NCBI GenBank assembly: GCA_051362555.1
Contig: CM120643.1
Location: 14,048,644-14,112,643 of the forward strand
Direction of reading: 5' to 3'
DNA length: 64,000 nt
Source: Lingula anatina
Taxonomy: Eukaryota > Animalia > Brachiopoda
Made by a program: the position numbers and the translations under genes. Positions 20,447 to 30,700 of this stretch are shown here, one piece after another. The first letter of the stretch is position 1. Each line of letters starts with the position of its first letter. The notes beneath the pieces were generated by a model. It saw only the letters and a list, made by a program, of their open reading frames with translations. It had not been told where the DNA came from and did not search any database.

Positions 20447-22627
20447 ATGTCCGCAACTGCGGAAAATGAGATTGAAGAATGTACTGATCACAAAAAAGAC
20501 ATCACCTGCGACACCTCACCAATGCCTTTGCCTGGTGAAATAAGTGAAAACTCGATGGCTCTGGGTCAAGACGGCCAGGGTCTCACTGAATTGCGCAATA
20601 TAGCGTCTGAAAGAGAGGAAGTATTATTAAACGAAGTTGATGACAGTCTGGGAGATGGAACAATAAAAGACAACGGTCAAAGAGAACAGCATGTTGCACG
20701 TTGTGAAGAAAAAGATGATGATGCTGTGATATCTCCTCCACCTCTTCACAGTCATGATACTGAGAAACAACTTTTTGCAACAGAGACTGCAAGTAACTGT
20801 AAAGATACAGAAATTAACCAGAGATGCTTGATATGTGGTCCACCAAAAGGTGCCCGTAAAACTGAGTACTCAAAGCTATCCTTATTTCCTGGTGTTGAGA
20901 AAGAAGTCCGTGAACTTTTGAAGATATTAACTGCTCCAGACAATTCAGATGTCTGTTGTGATAGATGCCTGGGTTTTATGAAAACTTTTATAAGACTGAA
21001 AAATGACTTTTTGAGTATGAAGAGATTAATTATATCACTTCACGTTGATGCACAACTAGAACTATCTAAGTCCAATAACCATACAGAATTAGAAGAAGAA
21101 GACCACACTTTGAATGATCAAGAAAATGAAACACACAATTTGGACAACCAAGAACAAAATAGTGAGGTTCTAATCAAGCAAGAAACCATTGGCTTTGGAT
21201 ATGAGGAAATTTGCAACAGGAATCTTGCACCTGTAGATGAATTTTATGCACATGAAAGTACTCACACTGGGCAAAAATATTATTTATCAATATTGCATCC
21301 ATTCATATGCAGAAATTGTAATGAAAATTTTTTCAACAAGACAGAGTTCCTAATTCACTACAAAGAGTGTACAGGTATGAAAGTTGAAGCAAAGGAAACT
21401 AAAACTGCAGTAAAGAATGATAAAAAGAAAAAGGCCATTGATACTGGAACAAAAGCATTTTCTTGTTTGTATTGCGATAAAGCATTCAGTAAGAGAAATA
21501 CACTTACAAGGCATAAAAAAACCCATCAGCTGAAATGTTCTTATTGTGGAAAATCTTATATGGGAACAAATGCTCTTAAAAGGCATGAGAAAATTCACAC
21601 TAGTAAGGAATCACACAGTATATACACATGCTCTCATTGTGATAGAACATTCGAGAGCAGAAGGAAACTTCTTTTGCACAAAGCTGATCACAAAAATGAC
21701 AAACTGAAATGCAACAGTTGTGAAAAGACTTTTACCAGGGTGGCTGATCTAGTTGAACATGGAAAAATCCATGAATTAATATGCTCTCACTGTGGTAAAT
21801 CTTGTTGGGGATTTAAGGCTCTTAAAAGTCATGAGAAAAAAATTCACATCAATGAAAAGAATCACAAATGTAAACACTGTGGCAAGCCCTTTCCCAGTGA
21901 TAGTGAATTGAAGCTACACATGAGAACTCACACTGGAGAAAAGCCACATATATGTCAGTACTGTGCAAGAGGGTTTGCTTTGAAGGCAACTTTGAAAATT
22001 CATGAAATGACCATGCACACTGGAGAAAAGCCATACAAATGCCAATATTGTGCAAGCGGATTTACTACCAAAATTCATTGTGTAGAACATGAACGCTCTC
22101 ACACTGGAGAGAAGCCATTTAAGTGTGATATTTGTGACAAAAGATTTGCCAGAAAATCCAATTGGAGATTTCATGTTAAGAATCATCAAAGAATTAAACA
22201 AGTTTGTTCTTACTGTGGAAAAAGGTTTGCTTTGATCTCAGCTTTGAAAGTGCATGAATTGACCATGCACACTAGTGAAAAGCCATACAAATGCCAATTT
22301 TGTGAACGGGGATTTTCTGTCAAAGTCTCTTGGGAAGAACATGAACGCTCTCACACTGGGGAGAGGCCATTTAAGTGTGATTTTTGTGACAAAAGATTTG
22401 CCAGAAAATCAAATCATTTAAGACATGTTAAGGATCATCAAGGAATTAAACCACATGTTTGTTCTTACTGTGGAAAAAGATTTGGTATCAGGAGTAGACT
22501 TGTTATACATGAGAGAACTCATACAGGAGAGAGGCCATTCAAATGCAAATACTGTGACAAAACATTTATAAGAAAAGACAAATGCAATGTACATGAAAGG
22601 AATCACAGAGGAGAAAAACCGTCATAA
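20447..22627 (+). CDS. ZAD-like/C2H2 zinc-finger protein, array gene 5 (~15 fingers; internal 252-bp duplication; tail lost)
   Basis: 726-aa ORF with CLIC..CCDRC and IKQE. A three-finger block is repeated at 22007 and 22259. Confidence 0.94.
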   Translation: MSATAENEIEECTDHKKDITCDTSPMPLPGEISENSMALGQDGQGLTELRNIASEREEVLLNEVDDSLGDGTIKDNGQREQHVARCEEKDDDAVISPPPLHSHDTEKQLFATETASNCKDTEINQRCLICGPPKGARKTEYSKLSLFPGVEKEVRELLKILTAPDNSDVCCDRCLGFMKTFIRLKNDFLSMKRLIISLHVDAQLELSKSNNHTELEEEDHTLNDQENETHNLDNQEQNSEVLIKQETIGFGYEEICNRNLAPVDEFYAHESTHTGQKYYLSILHPFICRNCNENFFNKTEFLIHYKECTGMKVEAKETKTAVKNDKKKKAIDTGTKAFSCLYCDKAFSKRNTLTRHKKTHQLKCSYCGKSYMGTNALKRHEKIHTSKESHSIYTCSHCDRTFESRRKLLLHKADHKNDKLKCNSCEKTFTRVADLVEHGKIHELICSHCGKSCWGFKALKSHEKKIHINEKNHKCKHCGKPFPSDSELKLHMRTHTGEKPHICQYCARGFALKATLKIHEMTMHTGEKPYKCQYCASGFTTKIHCVEHERSHTGEKPFKCDICDKRFARKSNWRFHVKNHQRIKQVCSYCGKRFALISALKVHELTMHTSEKPYKCQFCERGFSVKVSWEEHERSHTGERPFKCDFCDKRFARKSNHLRHVKDHQGIKPHVCSYCGKRFGIRSRLVIHERTHTGERPFKCKYCDKTFIRKDKCNVHERNHRGEKPS

Positions 22628-23467
22628 TATGCCCAGCCAAATTAAAGTTGACCTAAAAATTTAGAATGTAATGTTTAGTGAATTTTCTATGAATTCAGAG
22701 TACTCTAATGGTGTTAATGTCAGTTGGAATTTAACTTGGACAATACAACTCTTTGTCAAAAGTTTCACATGTAAAGTACATGCAGACCCCAGCACAGAGG
22801 GGTCACATTCAGAGATCCTGACTTAATTAAGGCAAATTGCTTTACTTTAAATTAAACTATGAAATATGTAATTTTTTATGTTATGGTACACATCACAGCT
22901 TGATAAAATTTTCTTTTACAGCTCAGAAATGAAACTTTTACCTACACTGGTGAAACCAATAAGAGCAGAAAGGATATTTTTACACTGTACCTGGAAAATA
23001 CCCAGATTGGAAAGAAATGTTTGATTTATATGATAAGTAATGCTTAATATAGACACGTAACAAAATGTTGAGAATTAAGGACAAAAAATTCTGAAAACCT
23101 CAAAGTATAAGGCATAAAGCAATGGATAAAAACCTTTTACATGTGACGCTTGAAGTGGAATTAATGATAAGCAGAACTAACATAAACTTGGCAGATTATT
23201 TTAACAAAGAACTGAAAACTCAACTTAAAAGAATATATAATAGAACATTTTATAGTTACTTTACAGAACATCTCTTGTATAACAGGATTATTCTCTTGAC
23301 TTTTAATACTAGTGCTTCTTTTTAATTTGAAGTAATCCTTTTGACTTAAGTTTGTGTTTTGATTGTAAGGTCTGCAGAATGTACAGTATTTTTATTGATG
23401 TGGAGTCTAAATAAATTAATAAATAAAATTAATTAAATTGAAGAAAAGTACCAGAATAGAGAAATAA

Positions 23468-23509
<42 letters not shown>

Positions 23510-23614
23510 TTAATGTGAAGTTGAAAAGTCTGCCGAGTTTAAACAAAAAAATGCAAATTTGGCATGCCTATGTCCTATTCAGCATCAGCTGATTCCTTCT
23601 CTGTGAAAAACTGA

Positions 23615-24957
23615 GGGGGCGTCTCGATAGTCCGAAGGTTCATTGGTCCGAAGGTTCATTGGTCCGAAAATTCGTAAATTTTTCATCAGATTTTCAACAA
23701 AAAGGTTCATTGGTCCGAAGGTTCATTAGTCCGAAAATTAAAGGTCCATTGGTCCGAAGGTTCATTGGTCCGAAGGTTCGATAGTCCGAAGGTTCATTAG
23801 TCCGAAGGTTCGATAGTCCGAAACATTTTAAGATGTTCTTCGATTTTAAGAATTATAATTACAAACGGAATCTAAGGGTGTGTTCCCAACGAAACTATCA
23901 TTCTACGTAGATTGATCCAACTCCACCAGGATTCTCACTGTATGCAATCAGATTAGCAATCCTGGAGCTGCTAGGGGGTGATTAACTTTCGTGTGAACTC
24001 AGCTTCTAGAATCTTTATCATTTCGTTTTGAGTGCGACCGAAACGCACGTGAAAATTATCCATATAGGTCGTATTGTTTCCGTGAACTACTCTTTACAAT
24101 GTGGGGAAGTTTGGGGATATGCAATGGCTACCCTTTCCAACTCATGAACACCATACATGTTACACATGAAATATTGAATAAAGATTGGAACGCATAAAAT
24201 GAGAGGACGCCAATAATGACATTTTCTTACGATGTCTTAAGATACTATGATTAGAATTCAAATTCTTCTAACCTACACATTTCTTAAATTATGTAAAAGT
24301 TATAGAATAATTGCATTTCCAAAAAAACTATGTTGTTGTTCGCACAGCCCACTCCCCTACCCTTCCCCCCCCCCCCCCAAAAAAAAAAAAAAAAAAAAAA
24401 AAACAGCCGTTCCGCCAGCAGTACTGTATTACTCATAGGGATGAGGATGAATTAACTGGAGTGTAAACTTGGCATATAAACAAAAATTACGAGCATTTAC
24501 GAAAACAAGCTTTTCCCTTACTAGGCCTTTAAACATAAAAATTGTATCAGAATACAGTAATATGCTCAAATATCCACAAATAGTAATACATATTTAATTC
24601 CACCCCCTCTTCCCCAGCAATACTGAAGGTGCTGAAACGTTTATAATCTGAAATAGAAATGTGGCAAAGCCATATCAACCCGGTGGGCCTATTTATTTAT
24701 TTATTTATTAAACGTAAAGTACAAGTGAGAAGGCAGTTTGAACATGTTGAAATATTCTAAAACAGTTAAACTTCTAATCTGATGAACAACATCAAAAATG
24801 CTGTCTTTGTAACAAATTCATTTAAACGAAGAAAAACGTACTCTGCAAAAAGTAGATACACTTGTGACTCGTGAGAAAATTTCCATTTGATTTTACAAAA
24901 TAAACCTTTGCAGTTAAATATCGTCAACTTCCAATCCCATGAAAAACATCAAGATCT

Positions 24958-24989
<32 letters not shown>

Positions 24990-25434
24990 TAACTAATGTA
25001 ATATGCTAGTATTGACGTTATTTTTGCCCGTGCAGACCTAACTTTTAAACCCTCTACCAGGGCGACTGATAGATTTTTTACAGATATTCACAGATGTGTC
25101 TCTAGATAACTAGGTGGTCATTTTGAGACACCAACAATTTTCGGGGCCCTTTAGCGGGCCCCAGATCCTACGCCAAGGGGGGTGGGGGCTTTGCATCCGC
25201 GGACCCCCTTCAAATAATCTTGGATCCGCCCCTGTACATGTAATTCACTATACACTTATACAGCGGGCCTACATTCGGACTATCGAACCTTCGGACTATC
25301 GAACCTTCGGACTAATGAACCTTCGGACCAATGAACCTTCGGACTATCGAACCTTCGGACCAATGAACCTTCAATGCACATTCGGACCATTGAACCTTCG
25401 GACCATTGAACCTTCGGACTATCGCTACGGCCCC
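23615..25434. mobile_element. Foldback-type DNA transposon (1820 bp), subterminal 16-bp tandem repeats, 8-bp TSD AAAACTGA
   Basis: Left end gggggcgtctcgatagtccgaagg, right-end reverse complement ggggccgtagcgatagtccgaagg. Arrays of tccgaaggttc(a/g)(t/a)t(a/g)g in opposite orientation at each end. TSD at 23607-23614 and 25435-25442. Empty paralogous site at ~30225-30240. Confidence 0.9.
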
Positions 25435-25645
25435 AAAACTGATACCCCAATCACTGAATATAACAGAGATCTACAGATGCATATGAAGCCAGTTTTTTGG
25501 CTACAAATGCCAGCATATAGTTTATTCATTTGGCCCTTGACATGTCGAATTTATTTGAGTCATATAAGAAATTATTAGAAGTGGTTTTTATGTGTTACAC
25601 GCTCCATCAACGCTCATGTACCCTTCGTACTGTAATTAGCAAGTC

Positions 25646-25655
25646 AAGACAAGCT
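25646..25655 (+). promoter_or_regulatory. Conserved upstream motif AAGACAAGCT (gene 6)
   Basis: Exact 10-mer 263 bp before the ATG, preceded by aattagc. Confidence 0.55.
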
Positions 25656-25908
25656 ATATCCACGAGGATTAATAAACATAACAAAGAACAATTGTGTCAA
25701 AATCGTGGAACACAGTGATCTGTTGTTAAGAAATTAACAAGACAGATTTGCCAGACCTAACTTTTACGTAAAATTGAAATAAATAATTGGCTTTGAAAAG
25801 TGCAATAAATTGTATTATCGGAATATAGTAGCCTCCCTTTATTACTGTGCATCCGTTTGCCATAGTTTACTGTGAAATATCCTTTAGAAGGAGATATTCA
25901 CACCGATA

Positions 25909-28574
25909 ATGCCCACGACTGCGGAAAATGAAATTATGGAGAGCATTTGTCATGAAAAGTGTACTCCACCAATTACTTTGCTTGGTGAAGTACGTGAAAA
26001 CTCGACTGCCAACGGGCAATGTGGTGAGTTTCAAGAGAAAATCATTGTTAACGGAGTAGATGCGAACCCTGGTGATGGGACAATAACAGGCAACGATCGC
26101 GGTGAAGAAACTGAAGGGGATGCGAAGATGCCTTTTCCACTTCCTCCTCACTGTCATGAAAACGAGGATCGGCTTCTCGCAACTGAAATTCCCACAGATA
26201 CTACAAGCAAAGATTCAGAAATAAACCAAAAATGTTGCATATGTGGTCCACCAAAAGGCACCAGTAAACCTGAGTACACAAAGCTATCCTTATTTCCTAG
26301 TGTTCAGAGAGAGGTTCATGAACTTTTAAAGATTTTAACTGCTCCAGATGATTCGGATGCCTGTTGTGAAAGATGTCTGGGTTTTATGAAAACTTTTATA
26401 AAACTAAAAAATGACTTTTTGAGTATGAAGAGATTAATTATATCACTTAACGCTGATGCACAACTAGAACTATCAAAGACCAGTAACCATACAGAATTAG
26501 AAGAAGAAGGACACGGTTTGAATGATCAAGAAAATGAAACACACAATTCAGACAACCAAGAACAAACCAGTGAGGTTTTAATCAAGAAAGAAACCATATA
26601 TGGCTTTGGATATGAGGAAACTTGCGACAGGAATCTTCCACCTGCAGATGAATGTGGATCACATGAAAGTACTCACACTGGGCAGAGACATTATATGTAT
26701 ATATTGCATCCATTCAGATGTCAGAATTGTAATGAAAAATTTTTCAACAAGATTGCTTTCTTAAAGCACAACGAAGAGTGTATGAAAGATGATGTTACAT
26801 CTACAACGGAAACAGAATCTGTGGTAAAGAATGACAAGAAAACTTCCATTGACACTGGAACAAAATCAATTACTTATTTGCATTGCGATAAAACATTCAG
26901 TAAGGATAATGAACGAACAAGGCATGAAAAAATCCATCAATTGAATTGTTCTTATTGTGATAAATCTTTTAAGAGGACAAGTGCTCTTAAAAGGCATGAG
27001 AAAATTCATGCTATATACACTTGCTCTCATTGTGATAGAACATTCAAGAGGAAAGTGGATCTTGTTTCACATGCAGTCATTCACACAGATGACAGACTCA
27101 AATGTAAAAGTTGTGAAAAGACTTTTACCAGGATGGCTGATCTAGTGGAACATGGAAAAATCCATGAGTTAAAGTGCCGTCATTGTGATAAATCTTGCTG
27201 GGGACCTAGAGCTCTTAAAAAACATGAGAAGATCCACACTGATGAAAAGAAACACAAATGTAACCACTGTGGCAAGCCTTTTGCCTATCATTGTGATTTG
27301 AAGAAACATATGGAAATTCACACTGGGAAAATTCACACTAGGAAAAGAAAAAAATTGCGTGCTACTACTGGTAGTACATACATGTACACTTGCTCACATT
27401 GTGATAGAACATTCAAGAGGAAAGTGGATCTTGTTTCCCATGCAGTCATTCACAAAGATGACAGACTCAAATGTAAAAGTTGTGAAAAGACTTTTACCAG
27501 GATGGCTGATCTAGTGGAACATGGAAAAATCCATGAGTTAAAGTGCCGTCATTGTGATAAATCTTGTTGGGGACCCAGAGCTCTTAAAAAACATGAGAAG
27601 ATCCACACTGATGAAAAGAAACACAAATGTAACCACTGTGGCAAGCCCTTTGCCTATCGTTGTGATTTGAAGAAACATATGGAAATTCACACTGGGAAAA
27701 TTCACACTAGGAAAAGAAAAAAATTGTGTGCTACTACTGGTAGTACATACATGTACACTTGCTCACATTGTGATAGAACATTCAAGAGGAAAGTGGATCT
27801 TGTTACCCATGCAGTCATTCACAAAGATGACAGACTCAAATGTAAAAGTTGTGAAGAGACTTTTACCAGGATGGCTGATCTAGTGGAACATGAAAAAATC
27901 CATGAATTAATATGCTCTCACTGTGGTAAATCTTGTTGGGGACCCAGAGCTCTTAAAAAGCATGAGAAAATCCACACTGAAAAAAAGAAACACAAATGTA
28001 ACCACTGTGGCAAGCCCTTTGCCTATATGCTTATGATTTAAAGAAACATATGAGAATTCACACTGGAGAAAAACCATATAGGTGCACGTACTGTACAAAA
28101 AGTTTTGCTTTAGGTGCATGTTTGAAAATTCATATAATGAACAAGCACACTGGAGAAAAGCCATTCAAATGCCAATATTGTGAACGAGGATTTTCTGTCA
28201 AAATTGCTTGTATAGAACATGAACGCACTCACACTGGGGAGAGGCCATTCAAGTGTGATTTTTGTGACAAAAGTTTTAAGGCAAGATCACATTGGTTAAG
28301 TCATGTGAAAAATCACCAAGGTATTAAACCACTGGTTTGTTCTTACTGTGGAAAAAGATTTACAGTCAGGAGTTTACTTGTGGTACATGAAAGAACTCAC
28401 ACTGGAGAGAAGCCATTCAAATGTAATTACTGTGACAAAAGATTCATAAGAAAAAATAAATGTAATGAACATGAAAGGATTCACACCAGAGATAAAACTG
28501 TCAAAATTAGCCCAAACCAATTAAAAGGTGAAAAATGTACTAAAATTACGAAAAGTAATGCTGAGATCCTGTGA
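25909..28574 (+). pseudogene. Array gene 6: ZAD-like/C2H2 gene with a +2 frameshift at ~28025 (ORFs 25909-28041 and 28050-28574); pseudogene, truncated allele or sequence error
   Basis: gcctatATgcttatgatttaaag versus gene 7 gcctatgcttgttatttaaag. Removing 2 nt restores one ~19-finger frame. Has three copies of a 369-bp four-finger unit. Confidence 0.85.
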
Positions 28575-28830
28575 AGACATAGTATCCTAGTGGTGTAAAT
28601 ATGAGTTGAAACATGGACAGTACAGTGGCTAGACTGATGTTTGACATGTACATAACTTGTAGACCCCAGCACAGTGAATACACATTCAGACCTCAGCACA
28701 TGGAAAATGCATTTAGATCACAGTGCATGCATACCTCATTTAGGGGTCCACACTCTAGTAATGTGTTTTCTACTCCAGAGGTACTGAGAGAATCCAAATC
28801 CATACATGTACAGCATGCACTGTCAGGAAC
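28575..28830 (+). pseudogene. Vestigial family tail downstream of the gene 6 stop
   Basis: Reads RPQHSEYTFRPQHMENAFRSQCMHTSFRGPHSSNVFSTPE, but lies beyond the stop codon. Confidence 0.8.
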
Positions 28831-29076
28831 ACGAATACATTTGCCCACAGTATACGCCTGACAGGAATCGGGACTTATGAAAAATTGCTTTACCTCAAAT
28901 AAAAGTTTGCATATTTAGTGCTTTTTAGTTATGATCTACATAGCAGTGTGTTAAAAATTTTTATTTACAGCTCAGAAATGAAGCCTTCAATAAATACATA
29001 ATAATAAGATGAAAATATAAGAAAATAACATTTAATGAATAAATATAAATAATAAAACTTGTATATATACGAAGAA

Positions 29077-29079
<3 letters not shown>

Positions 29080-29162
<83 letters not shown>
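29080..29162. repeat. (TA)n microsatellite
   Basis: Direct reading. Confidence 0.95.
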
Positions 29163-29164
<2 letters not shown>

Positions 29165-30122
29165 CACTGGAAAATGTCCTGATGGGAATGAAAGGTATGA
29201 AAAGGTACATTAAAGAGGATTAATTTGGACGTGGAAATTAAAATGTAATGAATTAGCTCAGGATAAACTGCATTACCCCTGGATTTGCAAGCAATCAAAG
29301 CACTTAGAATACATTTTGAATCCTACTTTATGGCTTTAATTTATATGAAAATGTATATATCAAACCAAAGGCTGAAATGTAAGAACCAATTTTTATTAAA
29401 CATTAATGTGCAAGACTTAAAACAGAGAGAATTTTTTTTTTTTATTTGTGGTATAAGTGGAATCAATTATCATCTGATCATGCAGAACTAAGTAACAATT
29501 TAAAGGCTCAGATGATTAATAAAACTAATTAGAAAAATTACTTTGCAGAACATTATAATTGGACATTTTTGTCTTTACTTTTAATATCAAAAATTTTCAG
29601 TTTGAAAAAGTCCTTTTAATTTTGTGTTTGTTGTTAAGTCCTCAGGACATTTTTATGGATTTTATACCTTTCCTCTCTCTCCCTCATTCAATTAAGGAGG
29701 AGTACCAAAGTAGTGCAAACGTGTACATGTATTGATGCAGAAAGTATCGGAGCGGAGACGTAAAGAATAGGGATGTTATCTTACTGCATATGCTCACAGC
29801 AGTAGGACCATATAATACTAGTACACATAAAATTATTTTTTTCCTTTCATATTGAAATAACTACACTGTATATTAATGAAAGAAAACACTGTTGAAGAAC
29901 CCTGTTGCATCTTAAAATGCACAACGTCAGCCCTCTGGTGTTCTTTGTTGTTTTTAACCAGCACCAGGTAATTCCAACCATGATAAACTGGTAAGGTCTG
30001 CAGAATGTATTTATTGATGTGGAGTCTAAATAAATAAATAAAATTAATTAAATTGAAGAAAAGTACCAGAATAGAGAAATAAAGTTAATTAATGACTATA
30101 TATATATATATAGTTAATTAAT

Positions 30123-30125
<3 letters not shown>

Positions 30126-30196
<71 letters not shown>
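30126..30196. repeat. (TA)n microsatellite (paralogue of the shorter tract at ~23472-23506)
   Basis: Direct reading; same upstream flank in the duplicated unit. Confidence 0.9.
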
Positions 30197-30198
<2 letters not shown>

Positions 30199-30437
30199 TA
30201 TTCAGCATCAGCTGATTCCTTCTCTGTGAAACTGATGACCCAATCACTGAATATTACAGAGATCTACAGATGCATAAGAAGTCAATTTTTTGGCTACAAA
30301 TGCCAGCATATAGTTTATTCAGTTTGTCCCTTGACATGTCAAATTTATTTGAGTTGTATAAGAAATTATTAGAAGTGGTTTATATGTGTTACGCTCCATC
30401 GACGCTCATGTATCTTTCATACTGTAATTAGCAAGTC

Positions 30438-30447
30438 AAGACAAGCT
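30438..30447 (+). promoter_or_regulatory. Conserved upstream motif AAGACAAGCT (gene 7)
   Basis: Exact 10-mer 263 bp before the ATG. Confidence 0.55.
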
Positions 30448-30700
30448 ATATCCACAAGGATTAATAAACATTACAAAGAACAATTGTGTCAAAAGCGTGT
30501 AACACAGTGACCTGTTGTTAAGAAATTAACAAGACAGATTTGCCAGACCTAACTTTTACGTAAAATTGAAATTGATAATAATTAAAAAGTGCAATAAATT
30601 GTATTATCGGAATATAGTAGCTTCCCTTTATTACTGTGCATCCGTTTTTCTTAGTTCATTACTGTGAAATATCCTTTAGAAGGAGATATTCACACTGATA

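Noticed and set aside
23615-25434. 16-bp repeat arrays (also 53074-53599) as a CRISPR-like array, or ORFs 25114-25578 and 53360-53626 as real proteins
   Set aside because: No unique spacers and no cas genes in a eukaryotic context. The repeats are inverted subterminal arrays bounded by TSDs, and the ORFs are translations of the repeat.
28021-28050. Programmed frameshift or micro-intron rescuing gene 6
   Set aside because: No slippery heptamer or GT-AG pair. A simple AT slippage relative to gene 7 explains it.
29690-29990. Segment beginning ttaaggaggagtacc (also ~33942) as a TTAA-targeting transposon end
   Set aside because: No matching opposite terminus or TSD found.
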